Of a stretch of 64,000 nt of DNA, positions 24,328 to 33,319 are shown one piece after another. Position 1 is the stretch's first letter; the number at the start of each line of letters is the position of its first letter. Origin of the DNA: a virus; the IMG/VR virus record IMGVR_UViG_3300009709_000021, positions 1 to 64,000 of that record; one strand, written 5' to 3'. A program made the translations under genes and the position numbers. The notes beneath the pieces were generated by a model. The model was given only the letters and a program-made list of their open reading frames with translations, did no database searches and was not told the origin of the DNA.

Positions 24328-25725
24328 ATGGCTAAAGAAACAAAATTGACTGCTATTGAGCAACTTCGTCGCGCAACTCTTTCAACCTTCTTGTGGGAAG
24401 GCAATTACACGGAAGACGGTGAATCGATCCAAAAGCGTATCGGTGATCTGATCAAAGTGTGCGATACGAAAGACGTTGCTGCTCTGGCAATCGAAGCTCG
24501 TGAAGAAATGCATCTTCGTTCTATCCCGTTGCTGTTGGTACGTGAACTGGCCCGTCGGCCAAAGTCAGGGGGCGTCATTAGTGAGACCCTTGCTAGGATT
24601 ATCCAACGTCCTGATGAACTGCACAAGTTCTTGGACCTGTATTGGAAGGACGGCAAGCAACCTCTGAGCGCCCAGGTCAAGAAAGGTCTTGCAGCAGCGC
24701 TGCAGAAATTCAATGCTTACAGCCTTGCCAAATATCGGCAGGGAGAAAAGGTTTCGGTACGTGACGTCATGTTCATGACCCACGCAACACCGAAAACTTC
24801 GTCAGGTAAACAAACGAGGTTTGAGCGCCAACAGGAACGTGAAACTGGCGTTGCGTTGGAACGTACGCCTGATGAGCTGCTGTTCAAACAAGTTGCAGAA
24901 GATACCCTTCCGACACCGGATACCTGGGAAGTTGCGTTGTCGGCCGGGGAAGGAAAGAAAGAAACCTTCGAACGTTTGTTGACGGATGGCAAGCTCGGTT
25001 ACATGGCGCTGATGCGTAATCTGCGTAACATGGCTGAAGCCGGCGTTCGTCAAGATCTAGTCGGCGACGCTCTTTTAGCCCTTCGTGGTGCAGACCAAGT
25101 CCTACCGTTCCGATTCTTCACTGCTGCTAAGCACGCTTCAGTTTATCGGATTTGGTTGGAGGAAGCGTTCATTGAGCATGCTAAGAAACTTCCTAAGTTG
25201 CCTGGTAAGACGGTCTTCGTGGTGGATGTTTCCGGTTCGATGGGTAGTATGGTTTCAGGTAAGTCAGAAGTGACCCGTGCTATCGCAGCATCATCGTTGG
25301 CAGCAATTGCCCGTGAACTTTGCGAAGAATCCGTGATATATGCAACGGCGGGCAGTGATCATGCTAAGACTCACAAGACAGCCCTTGTCCCGATGTCTCG
25401 TGGCATGACACTTGCGGAAGACATCTGGAAAATGTGTCATCCGTTGGGCGGTGGCGGTATCTTCTTGAATCAGGTCATGAAGTTCCTGGTTTCGGAAAAG
25501 ATTGAAAACGTCAGGCGTACCATTGTGTTGACGGATGAACAGGATTGCGGTGTCGGAGTTGATACTCCTGACAAAGCACCAACGCTTTCTGAACACAACT
25601 ACATTATGAATGTAGCTGCCTACTCGAATGGCATCGGGTATGGCAAGTGGACGAAGATCAATGGTTTTAGCGAGAATGTGTTGAAATACATCGCTGAACT
25701 TGAAGCTTCAAACGCTCGGCAGTAA
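24328..25725 (+). CDS. rsr: Ro60/Rsr TROVE plus vWA RNA-binding protein
   Basis: FLWE, RPDE, Y.LAKY, TWEVALS, ALMRNLRNM, LPFRF, MIDAS DVSGSM, LTDEQ; AAGGTGA RBS before ATG 24328. Confidence 0.9.
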   Translation: MAKETKLTAIEQLRRATLSTFLWEGNYTEDGESIQKRIGDLIKVCDTKDVAALAIEAREEMHLRSIPLLLVRELARRPKSGGVISETLARIIQRPDELHKFLDLYWKDGKQPLSAQVKKGLAAALQKFNAYSLAKYRQGEKVSVRDVMFMTHATPKTSSGKQTRFERQQERETGVALERTPDELLFKQVAEDTLPTPDTWEVALSAGEGKKETFERLLTDGKLGYMALMRNLRNMAEAGVRQDLVGDALLALRGADQVLPFRFFTAAKHASVYRIWLEEAFIEHAKKLPKLPGKTVFVVDVSGSMGSMVSGKSEVTRAIAASSLAAIARELCEESVIYATAGSDHAKTHKTALVPMSRGMTLAEDIWKMCHPLGGGGIFLNQVMKFLVSEKIENVRRTIVLTDEQDCGVGVDTPDKAPTLSEHNYIMNVAAYSNGIGYGKWTKINGFSENVLKYIAELEASNARQ

Positions 25726-25772
25726 TTTAAGGCGGGGGAGTCCCCCGCTTCGTTCATCTTTTGGGGAAAGAA

Positions 25773-26138
25773 ATGAAAAAAGCTTTGATTGCAATTTTTC
25801 TGTGTGTCGGTTTCATTGGTTGCGGAAACGCGAATGCGGAAGATGTAAAGCCTTCCTACAACGTAGCTTCCGAAGCTTGTGTCTCCGGCAAAAGCCTGTC
25901 CTATACTATCGTCAGAATTCGTGACTCTGGGGTGAGCTTGAAGGATATGGTAAGCACCATTGCTGCTACCCCGGCGGTGGATTCTGACGACAGCACGGAT
26001 GGTGCGATGCTGGCTAAGTCGATGGCAATCGATACTGCTAAAGATGCTTACGCAAATCTGAAGCTCGACAAGGACGCAATCGCATACCGAGCATACGACC
26101 GCTGTATGCATCATTTCGGCTACAGCGGCACGTTGTAA
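25773..26138 (+). CDS. Exported or lipoprotein
   Basis: Signal peptide MKKALIAIFLCVGFIGC. Confidence 0.6.
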   Translation: MKKALIAIFLCVGFIGCGNANAEDVKPSYNVASEACVSGKSLSYTIVRIRDSGVSLKDMVSTIAATPAVDSDDSTDGAMLAKSMAIDTAKDAYANLKLDKDAIAYRAYDRCMHHFGYSGTL

Positions 26139-26170
26139 AAAATTCAATGTTCTCTCCTTAAGGAGTAGTG

Positions 26171-26497
26171 ATGAAAAAGACTTTGTTTGTGGCAGCACTA
26201 ACTGCTTGCCTTACAGTGTTGACATTGTTGGCTATTCTCAGTTATACTGAAGGTAGTCCTAATGACATTGCTCATGACCCGGATGCTTCGTTACGCCAGG
26301 CAGAGGCACAGTCAGCTATTCCTCCTGATGATTCGGATAACCAGACCTACGATAAGGCTTGGAATACCTTTCAACAGGTTCAAAAGGAAGAGCAAGAAAA
26401 AATGGAGAAAGATGGTTTTTCTTCCGCTGATGCAAAGTCTGCTGCTGATCAAATTGCTCGGGACGCATTTATCTCAGTAGGTCCCGACAAGAAGTAA
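26171..26497 (+). CDS. Membrane-anchored or exported protein
   Basis: N-terminal hydrophobic segment, AGGAG RBS. Confidence 0.6.
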   Translation: MKKTLFVAALTACLTVLTLLAILSYTEGSPNDIAHDPDASLRQAEAQSAIPPDDSDNQTYDKAWNTFQQVQKEEQEKMEKDGFSSADAKSAADQIARDAFISVGPDKK

Positions 26498-26508
26498 ACT
26501 AGTAGTAA

Positions 26509-26585
26509 CCGAGATTAGCGCAGTCTGGTAGCGCACCTGATTTGGGATCAGGGGGTCGCAGGTTCGAATCCTGCATCTCGGACCA
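26509..26585 (+). tRNA. tRNA-Pro(TGG)
   Basis: CCGAGAT/ATCTCGG, CCTGA-TTTGGGA-TCAGG, TTCGAAT, CCA. Confidence 0.95.
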
Positions 26586-26752
26586 ATTAACGAGCTTGTA
26601 AGTTCCCCGTCCTTACCTTGCGGGCTCGTTTCGCACCAGCGGTTGCTCCCCGCTGAGCTCTCTTACCGGAACTGTACGGTAGCGAAATTCAGTCGGCGGC
26701 CCGTCGTTAATGGGCACTTTTCATTTCTAAACCCTTTTCTTTTAGGTTTCGT

Positions 26753-27037
26753 ATGTTTGTCAAACATAAATCACCGCTTTTCGAAGCTCATCACTGGGAT
26801 GGTAGTGAAAAAGTTGCAAAGTCCCTTATAGAATGGATGGGTAAAGGTGAATACATTAAATCAGATAGAGTAACAGCCCAACATATACGTATTTTCAATA
26901 GAATGTACGAATGGTGTGGAGAATACACAGACCTCCCAACTGATATTTATCCAACACAATGGATTCTTAAAACTGAAATAGGAGAATTCATAACTATTTC
27001 TAAAGACGCATTTGAAGCACATTACGAACACATATAG
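26753..27037 (+). CDS. Small phage protein (K..EA..W.G ... WI....GEF......F...YE family)
   Basis: Pattern recognition only. Confidence 0.6.
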   Translation: MFVKHKSPLFEAHHWDGSEKVAKSLIEWMGKGEYIKSDRVTAQHIRIFNRMYEWCGEYTDLPTDIYPTQWILKTEIGEFITISKDAFEAHYEHI

Positions 27038-27114
27038 TTTCAGCTAAACCAAACCTGGTATAAGAAAGTTAGAGTGGAAACCTTCAACCACTGTTCTTCC
27101 TTTTACTTTCAGGA

Positions 27115-27666
27115 GTGACCATGACAACGACTACTGATATAGCAGCAAGCGCTGTAGATACTGTTTCCCACGTAGCGTCTTCAGTTGAAAATTCCCCAGT
27201 AGCAGCAAGTGCAGTCAATGCTGTTGAACATGCAGCAGCCGTGGCACAACCTGTACTGACTCAAGCTTTGGCGAATCTTATTAATAAGACCGTCGAAGCT
27301 GCCCAAGCAGGCGGGCAATTTTTGGTTGACCAAGTCCCCGATGTAATTCGTCAGTTGTTGCTTTATAAGGCAGTGGAGTCTGGTCTTCTTTGTTTGCTGG
27401 GACTAGCGATGGCTGTATTTGGCCTTGCTGGCGTATTAATTACCCGTAAGAAGACACTTTCTAAAGCGGCGGGATGGCTAGATGGGTATGGTGAGTGGTC
27501 CGGCTGGACAATAGTGTGTATGCTATGCTGCCTTGGGTTTCTTGTAGCGGGGGTATCGCTGGCTTTCCTTGACTGGGACTGGTTGGAAATTCTCCTCGCC
27601 CCCAAGTTGTATCTCATCGAATACGCAACAAGTCTATTCCGAGCTATACATAACGGCGGAAGTTAA
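27115..27666 (+). CDS. Membrane protein
   Basis: QVPDVIRQLL, two TM segments, APKLYLIEY. Confidence 0.7.
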   Translation: MTMTTTTDIAASAVDTVSHVASSVENSPVAASAVNAVEHAAAVAQPVLTQALANLINKTVEAAQAGGQFLVDQVPDVIRQLLLYKAVESGLLCLLGLAMAVFGLAGVLITRKKTLSKAAGWLDGYGEWSGWTIVCMLCCLGFLVAGVSLAFLDWDWLEILLAPKLYLIEYATSLFRAIHNGGS

Positions 27667-27872
27667 TGGCAAAAAATTCAATTCTCTTTATCAATTCCAA
27701 GAAGCCCGGGGACTGGGTTCGAGCATCAAAAGGTTCTCGGCTTTACGAATTGATTGAAACCAAAGCCGAACCGGAGAATATTCAGGCTTGCTACAAAGAA
27801 ACCGAGGCCGAGTTCCGAAAATGGTTTTCCGCCGAGTTTATCAAGAAGTACTATTCGGAGATACCGAAATGA
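27666..27872 (+). CDS. Hypothetical protein
   Basis: TAATG coupling. Confidence 0.55.
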   Translation: MAKNSILFINSKKPGDWVRASKGSRLYELIETKAEPENIQACYKETEAEFRKWFSAEFIKKYYSEIPK

Positions 27873-28252
27873 CAATCTGTGTTAAGACCGGTGACGTAGT
27901 AAATATGAAATCATTCAAGGCTGAGGAAAAGACTAGAAATGGAAATCTTTCCATGTCTTTCTCAGCCGGACGTGGTAATGAATTTGTTTTCCTTCTCCTT
28001 GGAAAGGAAGTAGGTTCTGAAAAACTCAAGCCGGAAGTTGAACTGATGGCGTTGGGCTGGTTTCCGGGACTGGACTCGGACGATGCAAGAGCTTTGATCA
28101 AAGCCCACAAGAGGGAGATTGCAAAGCATAACAAGGCAAACTCTCTTGTTCGTCCGAAGATCACTTACGATTCTCGTGTTGGGAATTTGGAGCAGAAGAT
28201 CAAGAAACTGGAAGAGTTCGCTGATATTTTTGACATGTATTTGAGGCCTTAG
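27869..28252 (+). CDS. Hypothetical protein
   Basis: ATGA coupling. Confidence 0.55.
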   Translation: MTICVKTGDVVNMKSFKAEEKTRNGNLSMSFSAGRGNEFVFLLLGKEVGSEKLKPEVELMALGWFPGLDSDDARALIKAHKREIAKHNKANSLVRPKITYDSRVGNLEQKIKKLEEFADIFDMYLRP

Positions 28253-28253
28253 T

Positions 28254-28463
28254 ATGAACCCCAAGCTTACCTACTCGCAATTCAACGCATTTTACAACGA
28301 TTTCAAAAAGGGTGAATTTCCCCATCAACGCCTCGGTCAAGCTTTCGTAAATACGTTTACAATGGGCGAACCCTGCCCGGATATCTTTTACGAGACGGAT
28401 GAACGCGTTGCGACGGATTTGATTGTTGAACGTTATGTCATCATTGAGAAACAAAAACCATAA
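28254..28463 (+). CDS. Hypothetical protein
   Basis: QRLGQAF.N...P.IFY motif of small phage proteins. Confidence 0.6.
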   Translation: MNPKLTYSQFNAFYNDFKKGEFPHQRLGQAFVNTFTMGEPCPDIFYETDERVATDLIVERYVIIEKQKP

Positions 28464-28610
28464 GCCACGTACCCCTCGCCATGAGGGGTTAAACGAAATA
28501 TTATTGACTGCCCAAAAAAAGAACCAGGGCCAGCATAAAAATTCGGAAGATAAGCGCCGGAAACAAAAACAGGAGCGTGAGCTTATCAACGCGCTTTCGG
28601 AAGACGAATC

Positions 28611-28838
28611 ATGAGAATTGGCCCACAAATTTTAAGATGTAAATTGTGCGGGGAGAACCCCGTACTCACTGTGGCTAATAGTGGACTTAGCCTCATCAAC
28701 GCAGAGATATCGTGCTCCCATCCTAAAGTTGGGGGTCAAGAGTACAAGCTTAATGTTTTAGGTACACATCGTGGAATGGCGGTAACCTGGATAATTCACG
28801 ATTGGAATTATGTTTTCGGAAAAGGATACGCGCCATGA
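28611..28838 (+). CDS. Lar-like zinc-ribbon paralog 1
   Basis: ILRCKLCG..P ... C ... WN. Confidence 0.65.
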   Translation: MRIGPQILRCKLCGENPVLTVANSGLSLINAEISCSHPKVGGQEYKLNVLGTHRGMAVTWIIHDWNYVFGKGYAP

Positions 28839-29068
28839 AACATCTCAAGCTAGAACCAATTTTTCGCTGTATTAAATGTCATCAGTACCCGGAAGTTGAG
28901 ATCAATGCTATTTCCGAGGAATTTGCGGATCCCCCCGGTACTAAAATTGTGTACTATCACGTAGGGCTGAAGTGCCCTTGTGGTTGCGTGGCCACAGCCG
29001 TTGATACCAACAGGAAATGGGCAATTAATGATGCCTACTTAGACTGGGGAATTTCTAATTTACCGTAG
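28835..29068 (+). CDS. Lar-like zinc-ribbon paralog 2
   Basis: IFRCIKCH..P ... CPCGC ... A...W. Confidence 0.65.
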   Translation: MKHLKLEPIFRCIKCHQYPEVEINAISEEFADPPGTKIVYYHVGLKCPCGCVATAVDTNRKWAINDAYLDWGISNLP

Positions 29069-29076
29069 AGGAAGTT

Positions 29077-29298
29077 ATGGCAACGCATCTACAAATCACT
29101 CAGACAATATTACGTTGCAAATGTGGAGCTGAACCTGTATTTACCCGGTTTAGCCATAGGCATAGTAGCGATGAAAACCATACCGTCATACTTAAATGTA
29201 ACTCTTGTAAAAAGTTTGCTGGTTACATGGCTAACACTTCTATTATTGACGCAGAACATTGCGCTATAGCGGAGTGGAACAGGATTAGTCAAACTTAG
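29077..29298 (+). CDS. Lar-like zinc-ribbon paralog 3
   Basis: ILRCKCG..P ... CNSC ... AIAEWNR. Confidence 0.65.
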   Translation: MATHLQITQTILRCKCGAEPVFTRFSHRHSSDENHTVILKCNSCKKFAGYMANTSIIDAEHCAIAEWNRISQT

Positions 29299-29306
29299 GG
29301 GGTCAT

Positions 29307-29525
29307 GTGAAACGACTTAAGCTACAACCCATTTATCGATGCAAAGGATGTGGCAGATTTCCAATCATAGAAGTCTTCCCAGCACCGCTTGCCCCAGGTT
29401 ATATAAAAGCTATTTGTGGTTGTGTGCCTTGCAATGTTTTTGCGGGTATGTACTCAACAATAACTGAAAGCGCTATTAATTCAGCAGTGTGGATATGGAA
29501 TACAGATTTTGGCAAATCCGGTTAG
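29307..29525 (+). CDS. Lar-like zinc-ribbon paralog 4
   Basis: IYRCKGCG..P ... CVPC ... AVWIWN. Confidence 0.65.
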   Translation: MKRLKLQPIYRCKGCGRFPIIEVFPAPLAPGYIKAICGCVPCNVFAGMYSTITESAINSAVWIWNTDFGKSG

Positions 29526-29533
29526 GAGATAAC

Positions 29534-29776
29534 ATGGCTGTTCATCTAAAAGCTTTACAAGAAATTCATCGATGTAAAGGATGTGGTCGCCACCCGGTAA
29601 TAAAGACGGTCATCGGGCCGTACTCCCTAAAAACATCCGACATATGGTTATGGTGGCACGTTACTGTTGGATGTCGCACGTGTACTAAGTTTACTTTTGG
29701 CAAACATCCTAACAAAGAATCGATACTGCACTACGCTGTAACTGAATGGAATAGAAATCACGGCAAACCTACTTAG
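29534..29776 (+). CDS. Lar-like zinc-ribbon paralog 5
   Basis: IHRCKGCG..P ... CRTC ... AVTEWNR. Confidence 0.65.
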   Translation: MAVHLKALQEIHRCKGCGRHPVIKTVIGPYSLKTSDIWLWWHVTVGCRTCTKFTFGKHPNKESILHYAVTEWNRNHGKPT

Positions 29777-29784
29777 GAGAAATC

Positions 29785-30030
29785 ATGGCCGTTTTAATGA
29801 AAGGACTGCAGCAGATACTTCGCTGTAAGCATTGTCAGCAATTTCCCAATACACTGCTTAGCGTGAAGTCTGTCCCATCATGGAATGGTGGAACAGCGAG
29901 TATGTACAACGTAGTAGTCTCTTGCCCTACTGACCCTGGCTTGTTTACGGAATGCAATACTTATAACGAAGAATATTCTTATGCGTCTGCGTATAACTAC
30001 TGGAATTCTACATACGGAGAAAAGCCCTAA
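29785..30030 (+). CDS. Lar-like zinc-ribbon paralog 6
   Basis: ILRCKHCQ..P ... C ... AYNYWN. Confidence 0.65.
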   Translation: MAVLMKGLQQILRCKHCQQFPNTLLSVKSVPSWNGGTASMYNVVVSCPTDPGLFTECNTYNEEYSYASAYNYWNSTYGEKP

Positions 30031-30094
30031 AGTCGTCGTTGGTTGAAATAAGTTATCATACGAATATCAGACCTGTAAAAGTAAGGTATTCGTT

Positions 30095-30307
30095 ATGATG
30101 TTTATTAAAGTTCAACCAGTGTTCAGATGCAAGGTTTGTAATTCAAATCCGATCATCGAAGGCCCAGATTGGGAGGACGAGGATAATGTGTGGAGTTGCC
30201 ATATCCAATGTCCTAAATGTGAAGATCGAGGGTTTTTGTCTACTTCTCCGGATAAATCCCATGTGATGTCCGGATCGATAAAATACTGGAACTACATGCA
30301 GTATTAG
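30095..30307 (+). CDS. Lar-like zinc-ribbon paralog 7
   Basis: VFRCKVCN..P ... CPKC ... KYWN. Confidence 0.65.
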   Translation: MMFIKVQPVFRCKVCNSNPIIEGPDWEDEDNVWSCHIQCPKCEDRGFLSTSPDKSHVMSGSIKYWNYMQY

Positions 30308-30460
30308 TTGGTTTCAGGGCTTCTGCTTTGGTATAAGGAAAGTAGAGATGAAACTGAAATTTGGTTTATTCTTGGTCGGGACATACCTGCTAATTATGGG
30401 GTTTGTCTCGGTGCTAGAGATGGCTTGGTTTTATCATCAATTGCTTCGCTAGGAGGTTTC

Positions 30461-30895
30461 ATGAGTTCTTTGAAAATAATTCCAGGTATCAAGCATTTGA
30501 TTCCTCGGTCCCACATCGTTAAAGCTCTCCAGTATACCGGGAAGAACTTTGAGGATGTGGCTAATTTTGTTCCTGTTCAATTTAGGGCTTTCGTCCCTAA
30601 TCCCCTGCTTGACGCATCGGATTTTCTCATGGTTCAGACCTGCGATGGTTGCAGCGTTGTGAATGTTGGGATGTTCATTCTTTTCGGCCGCGTCGGTTCC
30701 AAGCTCGGTTTCCACGTTCTGTCGGAAGCTGAAGTTGATAGGACGTTCGACATGAAGCTGGGAGAAATCGCATCCTACGAACCGCCGGATCTCCTGGCTC
30801 TCGTCAGTAAAGCTGGCGAAGCCCCCGTACCGGTAATCGTTGGGGATAATAACCAACCAGTACAGTCAACTCCCGCCACTGTATCCTCGGAGTAA
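30461..30895 (+). CDS. Hypothetical protein, distant relative of 26753..27037
   Basis: AGGAGG RBS; VKALQYTGKN ... G.FI ... F. Confidence 0.55.
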   Translation: MSSLKIIPGIKHLIPRSHIVKALQYTGKNFEDVANFVPVQFRAFVPNPLLDASDFLMVQTCDGCSVVNVGMFILFGRVGSKLGFHVLSEAEVDRTFDMKLGEIASYEPPDLLALVSKAGEAPVPVIVGDNNQPVQSTPATVSSE

Positions 30896-30897
30896 TC

Positions 30898-31221
30898 ATG
30901 CGACTTCAGCTCCTGCCCTTCGTCCCTCAGCAACCTCAAGGGGACCAAGCGTCGGCAGGGTGCGGTGGAAAGCAGGGGTTCACTGATTATGGTATAGCCC
31001 ATTCCGTTGCTAGACGCATGCGCCGGAACAATAGCCGTACGTCGCCTCATGCCTATAAGTGTTCAACTTGTGGACTTTGGCATATCGGGACTCATGTCTC
31101 TCCTCAATCTTACAAGGGGAAACGATCCACTAAGCGAGTTTCTTGGGCCCAATTCAGAGTACCTCAATACCGTACCCAGCTTTGTATTTCTCGACGGATT
31201 AACTTCCGTCGCGGATTGTAA
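30898..31221 (+). CDS. Basic zinc-binding small protein
   Basis: C.GK..F ... AYKCSTCGLWHI. Confidence 0.6.
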   Translation: MRLQLLPFVPQQPQGDQASAGCGGKQGFTDYGIAHSVARRMRRNNSRTSPHAYKCSTCGLWHIGTHVSPQSYKGKRSTKRVSWAQFRVPQYRTQLCISRRINFRRGL

Positions 31222-31317
31222 TTTTCCAGCAGTAGTCCTTTCAAAACGCATCACAATTTGTGGTATTAGTAAAGTGGAAGCAAATACGTTTCCGCTCAAC
31301 CAACCAGGAGTTGAACT

Positions 31318-33264
31318 ATGTCGAACCATCCTCACGCCGACGCTCTTTCCCAATTGTTCTCCGGCCGCGTTACGGACGGCGAAGTCATGTCGCTGCATGA
31401 GTATCTCGAACACTGCAAGACCAATTCGATGGCGTACGCTACGGCTCCGCAGCGTATGTTGAAGGCTATCGGCGAGCCGGAAGTCATCGATACGTCGAAG
31501 GACGAGCGACTCAGCCGGATCTTCATGAACCGCACGATCAAGCACTACCCATCGTTCCCGGGCTTCTACGGCATGGAAGAAGCCATCGAAGCCGTCGTCG
31601 GCTACTTCCGGCATGCTTCGCAAGGCCTGGAAGAAAAGCGCCAGATCCTGTACCTCCTGGGTCCGGTCGGCTCGGCCAAATCGTCGCTGGCGGAGCGTCT
31701 GAAGGAATTGATGGAAAAGGAGCCCATCTACGTCCTGACCTACAACGGTCAAACCAGTCCGATCTTCGAATCGCCGCTTGGCTTGTTCGCCACTCCCGAG
31801 CAGAAAGCCTACATCTCCGAAAACTTCAGCATTCCTCTGCACCGTCTGCGTGGTATCGCGTCGGGCTGGGCGCTGAAGCGTCTGGACGAATCCAACGGCG
31901 ATCTCACCAAGTTCTCGGTCACCAAGATGTACCCGCAGAAGCTGCGCAACATCTGCGTCATGAAGACGGAACCGGGTGACGAGAACAACCAGGACATCTC
32001 CTCGCTGGTCGGCAAAACCGACATCCGCAAGCTGGAGCTGTTCAGCCAGAACGACACCGACGCCTACAGCTACTCCGGCGGCCTGAACCGTACCACGCAA
32101 GGTCTGCTCGAATTCGTGGAAATGTTCAAGGCTCCGATCAAGGTGCTTCACCCGTTGTTGACGGCGACGCAGGAAAGCAACTACACCGGCACGGAAGCGA
32201 TTCCGGCGATTCCGTACGAAGGCACTGTCGTGGCCCACTCGAACGAGTCGGAATGGGAAAAGTTCAAGGGCAATCCGGACAACGCCGCGTTCATCGACCG
32301 GGTCTACATCGTCAAGGTGCCGTACTGCCGCCGGCTGAACGAGGAAGTCGAGATCTACAAGAAGCTCATCAACAGCTCGGAACTGGCCGGCCTGCCGATG
32401 GCTCCGAAGACGCTGGAATTCCTGGCGGAATCGGTGATCTCCAGTCGGCTGCGTCAACATGCGAATTCGACGAAGTTCTCGAAGATCCGTGTGTACAACG
32501 GCGAGGACATCCGCGAAAGCGACACTCGTGCGAAGTCCATCAACGAGTACCTCGAAGCAGCCGGCCTCGACGAAGGTTTCGAGGGCCTGTCGACGCGTTT
32601 CGCTTACAAGGTGCTGTCGAAGACGTTCAATTCGGACTCGGAAGAAATCTCGGCCGACCCGATTCGTCTGATTCTCACGCTCGAAGACTCGATCAAGCGT
32701 GAACAGTACGCGCCGGAAAAGCAGAACGAAATCCTGGCTTATATCCAGGAGCAGAAGGGTCGCTATCTCCAGTTCTTGGAGAAGGAGATTCAACAGGCAT
32801 ACGTCGAGTCCTACGGCGAGTTCGGTCAGAACATGTTCGACCGGTACATCCAGATGGCCGATTTCTGGATTCAGGAAAAAGATTTGAAGGATACCCAAAC
32901 GGGTCTGATCTTGAATCGTTCAAGCCTGAACACGGAACTGGAACGTCTAGAAAAACCGGCGGGTATCGTCAACACTCGGGATTTCCGTTCGGAAGTTGTC
33001 AACTTCGTTCTGCGCTTCCAAGCTCAGAATGGAGGCAAGAACCCGGCGTGGACGTCGTACTCGAAGTTGAAGGAAGTCATTCAGGCGAACATGTTCAGCA
33101 GCTTGAACGACGTTCTGCCGGTGATCTCGTTCGACACGAAACGCGACAGCGAAATCGCTGCCAAGCATGATGGTTTCGTGAAGCGCATGGGGGAACTCGG
33201 CTACACGCCGAAGCAAACTCGTGTGCTGGTCGAGTATTTCGTTCGCTCGAAGCACAGCAACTAA
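31318..33264 (+). CDS. prkA: PrkA/YeaG AAA+ serine protein kinase
   Basis: FYGMEE, Walker A GPVGSAKS, EPGDENNQDISSLVGK, LEFVEMFKAPIK, AHSNESEW. Confidence 0.97.
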   Translation: MSNHPHADALSQLFSGRVTDGEVMSLHEYLEHCKTNSMAYATAPQRMLKAIGEPEVIDTSKDERLSRIFMNRTIKHYPSFPGFYGMEEAIEAVVGYFRHASQGLEEKRQILYLLGPVGSAKSSLAERLKELMEKEPIYVLTYNGQTSPIFESPLGLFATPEQKAYISENFSIPLHRLRGIASGWALKRLDESNGDLTKFSVTKMYPQKLRNICVMKTEPGDENNQDISSLVGKTDIRKLELFSQNDTDAYSYSGGLNRTTQGLLEFVEMFKAPIKVLHPLLTATQESNYTGTEAIPAIPYEGTVVAHSNESEWEKFKGNPDNAAFIDRVYIVKVPYCRRLNEEVEIYKKLINSSELAGLPMAPKTLEFLAESVISSRLRQHANSTKFSKIRVYNGEDIRESDTRAKSINEYLEAAGLDEGFEGLSTRFAYKVLSKTFNSDSEEISADPIRLILTLEDSIKREQYAPEKQNEILAYIQEQKGRYLQFLEKEIQQAYVESYGEFGQNMFDRYIQMADFWIQEKDLKDTQTGLILNRSSLNTELERLEKPAGIVNTRDFRSEVVNFVLRFQAQNGGKNPAWTSYSKLKEVIQANMFSSLNDVLPVISFDTKRDSEIAAKHDGFVKRMGELGYTPKQTRVLVEYFVRSKHSN

Positions 33265-33319
33265 GTTGTAAGCTAATCTAACGCTGGGCAGCGCAGATTA
33301 GTTTCAAAATCCCAGGTCT

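Noticed and set aside
31063-32898. 611-aa minus-strand ORF
   Set aside because: Antisense shadow of prkA caused by its GC-rich codon bias; no recognisable motifs
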